Source: a virus (lineage: Duplodnaviria > Caudoviricetes). From it: a stretch of 64,000 nt of DNA. This document shows, piece by piece, positions 1 to 9,624 of this stretch; the stretch's first letter is position 1; each line of letters starts with the position of its first letter. Under the pieces are notes generated by a model. That model was not told the DNA's origin and ran no database searches. It saw only the letters and a list, made by a program, of their open reading frames with translations. The DNA lies in the IMG/VR virus record IMGVR_UViG_3300031867_000008, positions 76,957 through 140,956 of that record. One strand, written 5' to 3'. The position numbers were made by a program, and so were the translations under genes.

Positions 1-402
1 AACAGGAATTACGAGAGCTTGGCAAATAGCTTTTGTTGTTGGATAAAAAATTACATCGTAGTTTTTAAATCTTTCTATCTCATTTTCGTCACCAATAACT
101 AATAGCTTGTCCGAAGTATTTGTTACAGGCACGAACCACTCGTTTCTGTAACCGCTGTCGATAATACCACATCTCTGAGCTATTCCTTTTGTTCCAGTAC
201 TTCCACGTTCTTTAAGAACAAAACAAAAATCTTCGTCACAAGCAGAAGCAATACCTGTCGGTATCATTTTTGTCTCGTGGGGCATTATAGCGATATAAGG
301 TTTCTTAAAACATGGATATATGTCATATCCAGCATCTTCCTTTCTCTTAGTTGGAATAATTGCGTAGGGGTTTATTTTTGCAAATTTAATTTTGGTAGTC
401 AT
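1..402 (-). CDS. dut: dUTPase (3' end runs off the window; not in the ORF track)
   Basis: Manual translation MTTKIKFAKINPYAIIPTKRKEDAGYDIY...KERGSTG...GIIDSGYRNEW shows dUTPase motifs I-III; AAGGAG RBS upstream. Confidence 0.9.
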   Translation of the reverse strand, partial: MTTKIKFAKINPYAIIPTKRKEDAGYDIYPCFKKPYIAIMPHETKMIPTGIASACDEDFCFVLKERGSTGTKGIAQRCGIIDSGYRNEWFVPVTNTSDKLLVIGDENEIERFKNYDVIFYPTTKAICQALVIPV

Positions 403-424
403 AATCATTCTCCTTTTACATTTA

Positions 425-1513
425 TCAATTCTTTATACTCGTAAGTATTTCGCAAGTCCTCACAAGCGTATTTACAAAATAAATAATATCTTCATCTCGG
501 AACGTTTCGTCAAACGATATTCTTATAGTTCCGTGTTCATAATCTTCTGGAAGGTTGAAACTCTTTACTGTTGGGCTTGCTTCAAGACTTTTGCTGTGAC
601 AAGCAGAACCAGTTGACACGAATATCTCTTTGCTGTCAAGAATAAGAGCAACACTTTCACCCTCGATACCTTGAATAGCAATATTCAAAATGCTTGGAAC
701 GTTGAAGTTTTTATTTTCAAGAATCTTGAAATCACATGGCATCTTGGCACATAGCTGAGTGATAAGTTTGTCTCTGATTATTTTGCAAGCCATTTCTTTT
801 TCTTCGCTGTAATTGTAGAGTTCCGCAGCTTTGCCTATTCCAACTATCGCAGGAACGTTTTCTGTTCCCGATCTGAGATTTGATTCTTGTCCACCACCAA
901 TAATATCTGAATGGAATTTCTTCGGTTCTTTTATATAGAGAACCCCAATTCCTTTTGGAGCGTGAAACTTATGACCGCTGAATGAAGCGAAGTCAACGTC
1001 AAGATGTTCAACGTCTATTGGAACTTTGCCGAAAGCTGCTGTCATGTCGGAATGAAAATAAGCATTGTTCATGTGAGTAATCTGCACTATTTCTTTTATT
1101 GGGAATATCATTCCTGTTTCACTGTTGACATACTGCCATGATAATAGTGTATCACTCATATGACAAATTTTTTGCTTCTGATTCTCATAACTTTCTTTGT
1201 CATAAACGATATGTCCTGCTCTCATTGATGGATGCTCGTATATTGAAGCGTAAACAGTATTCTTGCCAAAGAATCGCCTTACAAGATTATTGCTTTCCGT
1301 TGCTCCGCTTGTAAAGAAAATCTGCTCAGGCTCGGTATTGATCGCCTTTGCAAACTGTTCTCTCGCCTGCTTTATCGCCGCTTTAGCGATTCGTCCATAT
1401 TTGTAAGACGAACTTGGATTGCCGTACATACTAGAAAAATATGGTAGCATGGCATCAAGCACAGGTCTTGTCACTGGTGTTGTGGCTGAATTATCAAGAT
1501 ATAAACTCATCAT
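425..1513 (-). CDS. iscS: Cysteine desulfurase (IscS/NifS family)
   Basis: YLDNSATT, GNPSS, FTSGATESNN, SGHKFHAPKGIG (PLP lysine), STGSAC (catalytic Cys). Confidence 0.93.
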   Translation of the reverse strand: MMSLYLDNSATTPVTRPVLDAMLPYFSSMYGNPSSSYKYGRIAKAAIKQAREQFAKAINTEPEQIFFTSGATESNNLVRRFFGKNTVYASIYEHPSMRAGHIVYDKESYENQKQKICHMSDTLLSWQYVNSETGMIFPIKEIVQITHMNNAYFHSDMTAAFGKVPIDVEHLDVDFASFSGHKFHAPKGIGVLYIKEPKKFHSDIIGGGQESNLRSGTENVPAIVGIGKAAELYNYSEEKEMACKIIRDKLITQLCAKMPCDFKILENKNFNVPSILNIAIQGIEGESVALILDSKEIFVSTGSACHSKSLEASPTVKSFNLPEDYEHGTIRISFDETFRDEDIIYFVNTLVRTCEILTSIKN

Positions 1514-1521
1514 TATTATTA

Positions 1522-1713
1522 TTACCTCTGTATGTATTTTTCTAAATCCAGCGGATTTGTCGTCTTGTATTTTGTGTAAGTCAAGCTATCGCCGTTGACC
1601 TGATAGAGTTTGTATACTTCTCGGTGTAGGTCTGAGGTTATAACGTGGGTCAGCTTATCCTGTGAATCGAATATCTGAACCCACAAAATTTCATTCTTTG
1701 GTGTTTTAATCAT
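1522..1713 (-). CDS. Hypothetical protein
   Basis: 63-aa ORF in operon orientation with GAGGG RBS. Confidence 0.65.
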   Translation of the reverse strand: MIKTPKNEILWVQIFDSQDKLTHVITSDLHREVYKLYQVNGDSLTYTKYKTTNPLDLEKYIQR

Positions 1714-1738
1714 GTTGATCCCTCATAAAATATTTCTT

Positions 1739-1906
1739 TCATTCACAAGCAGCAAATCCCTTGAATGAACCATCGTCGTAAAAGTCTATACAAACACCAC
1801 CAAAAGTAATCATTGAGTCAGGGTGTATCTCAATATAATTGTTTCCTGTTGAGAATTTACATCCAATGTCTCTCAACATTCCACATAGTTTTTTATAATC
1901 AGTCAT
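1739..1906 (-). CDS. Small hypothetical protein, paralog of 4203-4436 (not in the track)
   Basis: 55 aa MTDYKKLCGMLRDIGCKF...IEIHP...IDFYDDGSFKGF aligns by eye with TDYEKFKELFKGIGCKY...IEIDP...IEFDRRGKFKRF; GGAGG upstream. Confidence 0.7.
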   Translation of the reverse strand: MTDYKKLCGMLRDIGCKFSTGNNYIEIHPDSMITFGGVCIDFYDDGSFKGFAACE

Positions 1907-2138
1907 TCTCTTCCCTCCAAAACTCCATTGTCAACGGTTCATCATTTTCAACGGTCAATGTCCACATACGATCTCTGCGATCTTTATAAAAAGTAAACAC
2001 TCCTTGTCTACGTTCGCCATTATATATAAGCTCTTTTCCTATAGAAATGGAATCGTGTGTTTTAAGATATTCGTTTAATCTTGGATCGTTAGAAAACCAA
2101 TTGTCTATATCAACAATAAAGCTATTACCTTCGGTCAT
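1899..2138 (-). CDS. Hypothetical protein
   Basis: 79-aa ORF with AAGGAG RBS. Confidence 0.7.
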   Translation of the reverse strand: MTEGNSFIVDIDNWFSNDPRLNEYLKTHDSISIGKELIYNGERRQGVFTFYKDRRDRMWTLTVENDEPLTMEFWREEND

Positions 2139-2140
2139 AG

Positions 2141-2950
2141 TTATTCTCCTTTATATCTAAATAGTTTTTCAACCGCCCTGCTCTTATCAGATGCGTTAAT
2201 GCTTCTGCTTACCTCTTGTTCCCATATACATTCAAAGTCATCGGGTGCTTGAAGTTCGCTTATGTAAACTATACATTTTCTGCTCCAAATTCTCATTGTT
2301 TCCCAAAAGTCATCATAGTCAAAGTTTTGGGAATTAGAGAATTGTTTTGTGTTTGCATAGGGTGGGTCACAATAAATTAAAGGTTTGTACTTTTCATTGG
2401 TGATTGCATAGCCGTCAAACCATCTATAATCGCCCACCATAAATTCGATGTCCTTTAAATTAGGAACTTGTCTTAGAAGATTGTCTTTTGCTTCTCTATA
2501 ATAATTTCGATAACGTAATCCGTTTTTTGTTTTTTCATAACCTGACTTAGCATAACCGCCATCATAAAAACGGGCATTATAACTTGCAAGAAATCCTATC
2601 GCTCCTAATTCCCACAATTCAAATTCTGACGAATTAAGAATTTCGTATTGTTCTTGCCACGGAGCTTTCTCAATTTTATAATAAACCGCTCTTGCTCTAT
2701 CATATAATTCTTTAGGAACTGATTCAGGTAATCCTCCCCCACTAATAACGTGTTTAAGAAGTGCCATAAGATATGGATTATAGTCATTGGCAATTTTTCT
2801 GCTGCAATTTATCTTATCTATAATCGAGCAACCACCACAGAATGGTTCTATGTAAACATTGATGTTGTTATCGTCTATCTCTTTCTGCAAAATAGGAACA
2901 ATGTATTTTGCTATTCTGCTCTTTGAACCCATGTATTTAATTGAAATCAC
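2141..2950 (-). CDS. DNA adenine methyltransferase (Dam/D12 class)
   Basis: KYMGSK, YIEPFCGG (SAM binding), YCDPPY (catalytic). Confidence 0.9.
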   Translation of the reverse strand: MISIKYMGSKSRIAKYIVPILQKEIDDNNINVYIEPFCGGCSIIDKINCSRKIANDYNPYLMALLKHVISGGGLPESVPKELYDRARAVYYKIEKAPWQEQYEILNSSEFELWELGAIGFLASYNARFYDGGYAKSGYEKTKNGLRYRNYYREAKDNLLRQVPNLKDIEFMVGDYRWFDGYAITNEKYKPLIYCDPPYANTKQFSNSQNFDYDDFWETMRIWSRKCIVYISELQAPDDFECIWEQEVSRSINASDKSRAVEKLFRYKGE

Positions 2951-3704
2951 GCTCCTTTTGTGTTGTGAATATTCTTTCCTTTGCTATCTCAAAATATTCT
3001 TCATTTAATTCCATGCCTATAAAGTGTCTGTTGGTATTTACGCAAGCGACCCCTGTTGAACCGCTTCCCATGCAATTATCTAACACCCAATCTCCCTTGT
3101 TTGTATACGTTTTAATTAAGTATTCCAATAAATCGACAGGCTTTTGAGTCGGATGGACACAGGTTGACGGATGAGGCTTTGAAAATGTTAAGATACTATT
3201 AGGATATTTTTCTGTACTCCCCTGTCGTTCATCATCGGTTATGTAAAAATCTCCATAATTGTTATTGGTGAATGTTTTATTTTTGTATGCCGAACCCTTG
3301 CTATGTAATGGAGAGCCTTGTGTAAATTGGGGATTGTAAGTAGGCAACTTTTTATAAAACACGGCTATCTGTTCATGCTGTCTCAATGGCATTCTTTTCG
3401 CATTAAGAAATCCAGTTTTAAGAACTTTGTCCCAAATTAAATCATAACGAAATTCTTTGCGATTACTATTGACTAAATCAATGAAGAATGTTCCTTGTGA
3501 AAATAGAACTATCGGAGTATCATCTTTAACAATTCTATGATATTCATTCCACAACTTGTCAAATGGTAAACAGCAATCTTTTTTATTATTCGTCACTCCA
3601 TAAGGCAAATCACACAAAATCATATCAATACTTTTGTCCGGAATTTCTTTCATTAGTTCAAGACAATCGCCTTGTTGTAACTGGAAGTGGCTAATTGGAA
3701 TCAC
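2937..3704 (-). CDS. Site-specific DNA methyltransferase (N4/N6, beta class)
   Basis: GDCLELM, ILCDLPYG, HPTQKPV, VLDNCMGSGSTG. Confidence 0.92.
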   Translation of the reverse strand: MIPISHFQLQQGDCLELMKEIPDKSIDMILCDLPYGVTNNKKDCCLPFDKLWNEYHRIVKDDTPIVLFSQGTFFIDLVNSNRKEFRYDLIWDKVLKTGFLNAKRMPLRQHEQIAVFYKKLPTYNPQFTQGSPLHSKGSAYKNKTFTNNNYGDFYITDDERQGSTEKYPNSILTFSKPHPSTCVHPTQKPVDLLEYLIKTYTNKGDWVLDNCMGSGSTGVACVNTNRHFIGMELNEEYFEIAKERIFTTQKERDFN

Positions 3705-3915
3705 TCTCCTTACTCAATTTACATTTCTTATTCCACAATCTGATTGCTCCCAAAAGAGTGAAACGAGCCTCATCATAATTAGCCGCTATAAAACCGCAGT
3801 CGTTACACTCTATAACGTAAGCATCTCTCAGATATAGATAGTGCGATTCACTTACGAATCTCGCTTTGCCCCTACCTTTGCATTTGGGACAAGGGTGTAT
3901 TTTATAGAAGTTTAT
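3691..3915 (-). CDS. Lar-like (restriction alleviation) Zn-finger protein with a probable ATA start (not in the track)
   Basis: 74-aa frame INFYKIHPCPKCKGRG...ECNDCG...EARFTLLGAIRLWN, paralogous to 48306-48533 (EARSTILGAIAVWN). GGAGG lies 8 nt before ATA, and no ATG/GTG/TTG precedes the CxxC motifs. Confidence 0.72.
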   Translation of the reverse strand: MNFYKIHPCPKCKGRGKARFVSESHYLYLRDAYVIECNDCGFIAANYDEARFTLLGAIRLWNKKCKLSKESDSN

Positions 3916-3930
3916 ATAAGTCGCCTCCGA

Positions 3931-4197
3931 TTACTTTTTATTCTCTATATCTGTTGTGTCATCGTAATAAAACGTTTCTACATTCTTCGTAAATGGACAC
4001 AGATTATTAACTAACGCTTTACACCTATGTCCAAGAGAAGTACATACCGAAAACGGGCAATCAATCCAACAAGCACCTTTTCCCGGTGTCCAGTCAATTG
4101 GTGCATCAAATCCGAACTCTACTCTTTGACCTATTGTTTGCTTCTTCGACTTAGTTATAATTGTTTTCTTTATAAATGTTGTTTTCATTTCGCTCAT
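3931..4197 (-). CDS. Hypothetical Cys-rich protein
   Basis: 88-aa ORF in operon. Confidence 0.65.
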   Translation of the reverse strand: MSEMKTTFIKKTIITKSKKQTIGQRVEFGFDAPIDWTPGKGACWIDCPFSVCTSLGHRCKALVNNLCPFTKNVETFYYDDTTDIENKK

Positions 4198-4202
4198 CTA
4201 CT

Positions 4203-4436
4203 TCACCCCGTCACAAATCTCTTAAACTTACCTCGCCTGTCAAACTCTATACCTAAATCGCCGTCAGCTAATATTGGATCAATCTCAATATAAATACGAT
4301 CAGGGTAGAGATAAACAAGATACTTACAACCGATTCCCTTGAATAGCTCTTTGAATTTCTCGTAATCTGTTGGACGAGTCTTTGGTGGCTTAACTTCGGG
4401 CATCGGTGGAGTTTGTGAAGGCTTTACATTAACCAT
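4203..4436 (-). CDS. Hypothetical protein
   Basis: 77-aa ORF; paralog of 1739-1906. Confidence 0.7.
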   Translation of the reverse strand: MVNVKPSQTPPMPEVKPPKTRPTDYEKFKELFKGIGCKYLVYLYPDRIYIEIDPILADGDLGIEFDRRGKFKRFVTG

Positions 4437-4777
4437 TTCTTATACTTCCTTTCTCTGCGTTTATATTTACGCTTGTTCTGCTTGGCAAAATATTTTATTG
4501 CAAATGAATGAAAGTCGGACAATTCGGTTTCTGTGTAGCTGTCGTTATACAAGTTCGGAATAATTGCAACGAGAAAAGCAACCGAAAGTACACTGACACA
4601 TATAATTGCAAATTGTATTTCTGAAATATCTCCGTTAGCTCTTACTCCTCCCAGTATCGGGATAACAACTAAAACAGTAGTTAGAACTGAAATTACAAAG
4701 AACAAATACTCCAATTTGTAGAGTAAGTTGTGCCTGTGATATGCTTTTGCTACTTTTGATTTATGAATATTCTTCAT
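4424..4777 (-). CDS. Hypothetical membrane protein (2 TM)
   Basis: Two hydrophobic segments; GGAGG RBS. Confidence 0.7.
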   Translation of the reverse strand: MKNIHKSKVAKAYHRHNLLYKLEYLFFVISVLTTVLVVIPILGGVRANGDISEIQFAIICVSVLSVAFLVAIIPNLYNDSYTETELSDFHSFAIKYFAKQNKRKYKRRERKYKKWLM

Positions 4778-4810
4778 TTGTATTTACCTCCCACCCACCA
4801 CTACTAACAA

Positions 4811-5989
4811 TCAATTACTTTTTATACCATTTTTAACAATCGCACTCAGAATCAATGCAACGCAATACAATGTTCCAATAAAATAGAACACTGTCATATA
4901 AGACCCACTGTGTCTATGAATAAACATTGAAAGCTGATTGCCTACAAGACCAGCACAGCCCCAAGCCGAAAGAATTAAACCGTGAATCTTGCTTATGTTC
5001 TTCATATCATAAATGTCTGCAAGCAAAGGAGCAATACAACTAAAACCAGCTCCGTAGCAAGCTGATATGATGATTAACGCAATCATTGAAAATCTGTGCG
5101 AGATTATAGATAAGATTACAGTCACTATTGAGATACAGAAAATTAAATAATATATATGTACTCTTTTCTTTAGTTTATCCGACACCGCCGAAAACACCAA
5201 TCTGCCACAACCATTGAACACACCCATGATACTTACTACTAAAGCAATCCATGCTGACTTAACATTAAGTTCTGTAAGCATTGGGCTTGCTATTGGAATA
5301 AGTGCAAGACCACAAGTTATATTTAGGAAGAAGAATAACCACATGGCTATAAACTTCTTGTCCTTTAACATAGTGGTTGCTTTAAAATCAGCATTTGATT
5401 TTGGCTCGATCCAGTCTTTTGGCTTCTGTAATAAGAAGTGTCCTATCATCATAGGAATAAAATAAAGCCCTGCAAGAATCAAAAACGTTGTTGAGATTGA
5501 AACTCTATTTAAAAGGAATGTAATTATTGGTGAGGCTACTGTTGAAGCAAACCCAAAAGCACAAACTGAAATTCCTGTTGCAAGACCTTTATTATCTTTA
5601 AACCAAAGCATTAAAGTTTTGACTGGACTAAGATAACCTAAACCGAGTCCAATGCCACCAATAAATCCATATCCAATGTAGAGTAAAGGCAACGATTTAA
5701 TATGTACTGCCAATGCAGTGAGCGCAAGCCCACCGCAAAAGCATACCGTACTTAACAAAGATGATCTGTGAATGTTTCTCTCTACAAAAGCCCCACCAAA
5801 AGCTGCGGATATTCCTAAGAAGAAAATCGCAAGTGAAAAGGCAAACTGTACAAGTGATTGAGATTTCCCAATATAATCTGAAATCGGTTTAGCGAATAAT
5901 GAAAAACTATAAACAGAACCTATACAAATATGAAGAAATATTGCTGGGATAGCAGCGTTCTTCCATTTATTTTGGGTTGCATTATTCAT
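4811..5989 (-). CDS. MFS transporter, oxalate/formate antiporter (OFA) family
   Basis: About 12 TM segments; CIGSVYSFSLF, YGFIGGIGLGLGY.SP..TL..WF.D.KGLATG, NGCGR...SAVSDK, CYGAGFS. Start placed at ATG 5989 behind a GGGGTGA RBS, overlapping the nrdG stop. Confidence 0.88.
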   Translation of the reverse strand: MNNATQNKWKNAAIPAIFLHICIGSVYSFSLFAKPISDYIGKSQSLVQFAFSLAIFFLGISAAFGGAFVERNIHRSSLLSTVCFCGGLALTALAVHIKSLPLLYIGYGFIGGIGLGLGYLSPVKTLMLWFKDNKGLATGISVCAFGFASTVASPIITFLLNRVSISTTFLILAGLYFIPMMIGHFLLQKPKDWIEPKSNADFKATTMLKDKKFIAMWLFFFLNITCGLALIPIASPMLTELNVKSAWIALVVSIMGVFNGCGRLVFSAVSDKLKKRVHIYYLIFCISIVTVILSIISHRFSMIALIIISACYGAGFSCIAPLLADIYDMKNISKIHGLILSAWGCAGLVGNQLSMFIHRHSGSYMTVFYFIGTLYCVALILSAIVKNGIKSN

Positions 5990-6533
5990 TGGCATCACCC
6001 CACAATACAATTCTTCTTTGTTTAAGAGACTTGTGTACATCTATTATTCTTTGGTTTGATGAACCTCGGAATGGAAGTGTTAAGTCTCTAAGTTTTTCGA
6101 TGTATTCGCCGTCAACTATAATATCACAGTTTTGTATTATGTAATACCAATAAACATCTCCCTCAGTGCTTATACGCAAACCATTTATTTCGCCAAAATC
6201 AGAATCGTGTAAGGTATAACCAGTATACAACCAAATTGTTTTACCAAGTATATACTTGTCTCTTATTTTATTAACAAGACTATAAACACCAGAAAGATTT
6301 TCGTCTGTGAGAGGTTCGCCACCTAAGATTGTAACTCTTTCGATATATGATCTATCAATTAAGTCTATGAATTGATTTTGTGCTTCATCAGTCCATTCTT
6401 TTCCACCATTGAAATCCCATGTCTCAGGATTGAAACAGTTTTTACAATGTCGATTACAACCTTGTACAAAAAGAGCAACGCCTATACCATCTCCATTGCT
6501 TACATCAAGATTCCTTATGCTTGCATATCTCAT
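5982..6533 (-). CDS. nrdG: Anaerobic ribonucleotide reductase activating protein
   Basis: MRYASIR..DVSNGDGIGVALFVQGCNRHCKNCFNPETWDF (radical SAM CxxxCxxC), LGGEPL, FRGSSNQR; GGAGG RBS before ATG 6533. Confidence 0.95.
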   Translation of the reverse strand: MRYASIRNLDVSNGDGIGVALFVQGCNRHCKNCFNPETWDFNGGKEWTDEAQNQFIDLIDRSYIERVTILGGEPLTDENLSGVYSLVNKIRDKYILGKTIWLYTGYTLHDSDFGEINGLRISTEGDVYWYYIIQNCDIIVDGEYIEKLRDLTLPFRGSSNQRIIDVHKSLKQRRIVLWGDANE

Positions 6534-6537
6534 GTAA

Positions 6538-8724
6538 TTATTCCTCCGAATCATGATTGTCAAGATGAACGTATCTCTCTAATATTTCTTCTGTTCTGCC
6601 TTGATTCCAGAAGTTAGTTCCTATATATCCACAGGTACGTCTTGCAACATTTAGCTTGCTTGTATTTCTATTACCACAATTGGGACATTCCCATATGAGT
6701 TTATTGTTTTCATCTATGATCTTTATTTCACCATCATAACCACAGACTTGACAATAATCGGATTTGGTATTTAATTCAGCGTACATAATATTGTTATAAA
6801 TAAATCTAAGTATCTTTATTACACCTTTAATGTTATTCTGCATATCGCAACACTCAATATAAGAGATAGCACCACCGGGACTTAATCTTTGGAACTCACT
6901 TTCAATAGCAAGTTTATCAAAAGGATTGATTTTTTCAAAAACTGGAATATGGTAACTATTGGTTATGTAATCACGGTCTGTTATACCTTTTACTTTTCCA
7001 AATCTCTTTTGAAGTTTCTGTGCAAATTTATAAGTAGCCGACTCTATGGGAGTACCATAAAGTGAGTAGTCGATATTTTCATTCTCTTTCCAAAGTTTAC
7101 ATTTATCATTAAGCCGTTGCATTACTTCTAAACCAAAGACTTTGCCTTTGCCGCCAGAGTGACTTTCGCCAGTCATGTATTTTACGCACTCATAAAGTCC
7201 AGCATATCCAAGGGATATAGTAGAGTAACCGCCATACAGGAGTCGATCTATTGGTTCACCTTTAGACAAACGACCTAATGCCCCATCTTGCCACATTATA
7301 GGGGCTGTATCAGATAACGTACCTTTTAATCTTTCATGCCTAACTCTTAGTGCTTTATGGCAAAGTTCGGTTCTTTCTTCAAAGAGTTTCCAAAATTCAT
7401 CAATGTCACCATGAGAAGAAAGTGCGAGGTCTACAAGATTAAGTGTAACTACGCCTTGATTAAAACGCCCATAGTATTTAGGATTGCCATGTTCATCAAT
7501 ATAAGGTGTTAAGAATGAGCGGCAGCCCATACAAGGGTAGCAATGACCATCGCCATTTTTGTCAACCTTGTATTCGAGCATTTTCTTTTCCGAGATATAA
7601 TCAGGAACCATTCTCTTAGCTGTACATTTAGCAGCTAATCTTGTAAGATAATAATACTTGCCGTATACATTGATATTATCTTCTTCAAGAACATAAAGCA
7701 ATTTAGGAAAGGCTTGTGTTACATATACACCTACCTCATTTTTAAGACCTACTATTCTTTGATTTAAAAATTCTTCAATTAACATAGCAAGTTCCGCTTT
7801 GTATTCCTCAGTTTCACCAAGATACATACAAACACTCAGAAATGGTGCTTGTCCATTAGTGGTAGACATTGAATTACATTGATAATTGAATGTTTGTACT
7901 CCATCTTCAATTTCTTTTCTTAAATCTTCTTTAGCATACTTAACGCAGTCATCAGCAGAAAAACCACGATCTGTGTACTTAATAAGGTAATTATTATAAC
8001 TATCTCGTACAAACGGAGCAAGTGCAGTTAGTGATACGGTTGCGCCACCATATTGACTGCTTGTTACGGCAGTAATGATTTGAGTAGCAATTGTCATAGC
8101 AGTAATTAACCTATGTGGTTTTTCTATCATGACACCATTGATTACAGTACCATTTTGTAGCATATCTTCAAGATTTATTAAGCAACAATTATTTATGTGC
8201 TGAACAAAATAATCTTGGTCATGAAAATGAAGTATGCCTAATTCGTCTGCTTCCTTCACATCTTCGGGCAAAAGAAATCGTTTGGTAATATCAGTGCTTG
8301 TCACACCAGCTATATAATCTCTTTGTACTGTAGCTCTACGGGGATTCTTATTAGAGTTTTCATTGTTCCAATAGTCATTAGTTCCATCAATCAATTCTTT
8401 AATGGTTTTATCGGTAGTATTACTTTCTCTCACAAGTTTTCTTTTATATCTATATGTAATATACGCTTTAGCTGTCTTTCTATCGAAATCAAGAAGGGCA
8501 TCTTCTACCCAGTCTTGTATTTCTTCTATGTCAATAGGAGTGTCATCGTCCGAATATTCACTTTTTACATAGCTTACGATCTTTCTTTCGATATATTCAG
8601 CGGCATTCTGATCGTTTTCTACTCCAACTTCTTTAAATGCTTTTTGGACAGCGTTTCTTATTTTGTTGCTATCGAACGGAACAACACGTCCATCTCTTTT
8701 CTTTACCTTTATTGATTCTATCAA
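6538..8724 (-). CDS. nrdD: Anaerobic (class III) ribonucleoside-triphosphate reductase
   Basis: N-terminal ATP cone (VKKRDGRVVPFD), NCC, MGCRSFL, TPIES, Zn CxxC..CxxC, RRTCGYIG glycyl-radical motif. Confidence 0.97.
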   Translation of the reverse strand: MIESIKVKKRDGRVVPFDSNKIRNAVQKAFKEVGVENDQNAAEYIERKIVSYVKSEYSDDDTPIDIEEIQDWVEDALLDFDRKTAKAYITYRYKRKLVRESNTTDKTIKELIDGTNDYWNNENSNKNPRRATVQRDYIAGVTSTDITKRFLLPEDVKEADELGILHFHDQDYFVQHINNCCLINLEDMLQNGTVINGVMIEKPHRLITAMTIATQIITAVTSSQYGGATVSLTALAPFVRDSYNNYLIKYTDRGFSADDCVKYAKEDLRKEIEDGVQTFNYQCNSMSTTNGQAPFLSVCMYLGETEEYKAELAMLIEEFLNQRIVGLKNEVGVYVTQAFPKLLYVLEEDNINVYGKYYYLTRLAAKCTAKRMVPDYISEKKMLEYKVDKNGDGHCYPCMGCRSFLTPYIDEHGNPKYYGRFNQGVVTLNLVDLALSSHGDIDEFWKLFEERTELCHKALRVRHERLKGTLSDTAPIMWQDGALGRLSKGEPIDRLLYGGYSTISLGYAGLYECVKYMTGESHSGGKGKVFGLEVMQRLNDKCKLWKENENIDYSLYGTPIESATYKFAQKLQKRFGKVKGITDRDYITNSYHIPVFEKINPFDKLAIESEFQRLSPGGAISYIECCDMQNNIKGVIKILRFIYNNIMYAELNTKSDYCQVCGYDGEIKIIDENNKLIWECPNCGNRNTSKLNVARRTCGYIGTNFWNQGRTEEILERYVHLDNHDSEE

Positions 8725-8904
8725 CTTTCATCACCCTTTCGTCAAGTCCTTATAAATCAGTCACCATCATTTCTGTTATCGTCAAATGACTTGTCCGATT
8801 TAATCTCACCTTTTTTGCTTGTTACACACAAGCATATCACAGCGACACCTATCAACCCACCCACTACAAGCCCAAAGCAGAACGCAATACCCACATCAAT
8901 CATT

Positions 8905-9324
8905 TTAGTTCACTCCTTTTGGTCTATCGACAATCTTCATAAAATCAAGTTCATGTTCGTCAAACAATCCTTTATCTGCGTGTTCTTTTATAGGAATCCC
9001 CATAAGTTTCGCAGCTACGATTTCACAATTAGTACCTATGGAATCATCGTACTCTCCCACAGACCACAATTCATCGCACAACCCTAAAAGCTGAACACAC
9101 ATTGTAATGCCCTCCTGCATAGTAGTTTCTTTATAGAGATAACTGAATTGACTAACTCCATTGATATATAAGTTATGCGAAGAACCGTACTTCTCACGGA
9201 ACTTCTTACAACAAAGTTCTATATATTTCTTGTTTGCTTCAACATTCTGAAACTTCCCTGCCACATAAATTATTTTGTCATACTGACGATGATTTATACT
9301 TTTATCTTCTCTCATGTTATCCAT
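8905..9324 (-). CDS. Nucleoside 2-deoxyribosyltransferase-like (DUF4406-like) protein
   Basis: IYVAG...LL..CDELW..G....SIGTNCEI..AK..GIPI pattern. Confidence 0.6.
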   Translation of the reverse strand: MDNMREDKSINHRQYDKIIYVAGKFQNVEANKKYIELCCKKFREKYGSSHNLYINGVSQFSYLYKETTMQEGITMCVQLLGLCDELWSVGEYDDSIGTNCEIVAAKLMGIPIKEHADKGLFDEHELDFMKIVDRPKGVN

Positions 9325-9348
9325 TGGAACAATTTACCTCATATTTTA

Positions 9349-9624
9349 TTAAGTGTTGCCTTTGCGTTTAAGATATACTGAATCCAGTCTTTGAACTTTA
9401 TGAACAAAATTTAATGTTTTGAGTTTATCATACCATTCGTCAAAGCTATCACCATAATTCTCGTTAGGGTTTGCCTTACGAAGATATTCCCAAAATTCTT
9501 TGGCATAAGATTTATCTTTTAACAGCTTTATTGGAATACCGTTTGTAGAAGTATTATTAGCCACATTTGTAGAAGTGTTATCAACTATTCGTGCTTTCAT
9601 AAAATCAACTCCCTGTTTAGTCAA
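9349..9624 (-). CDS. Hypothetical protein
   Basis: 91-aa ORF containing a duplicated NTSTN. Confidence 0.6.
   Translation of the reverse strand: MTKQGVDFMKARIVDNTSTNVANNTSTNGIPIKLLKDKSYAKEFWEYLRKANPNENYGDSFDEWYDKLKTLNFVHKVQRLDSVYLKRKGNT

Noticed and set aside
6538-8724. Intron or intein in nrdD, the polymerase or the helicases
   Set aside because: The frames are continuous and of ordinary length, and I saw no intein termini or homing endonuclease motifs.
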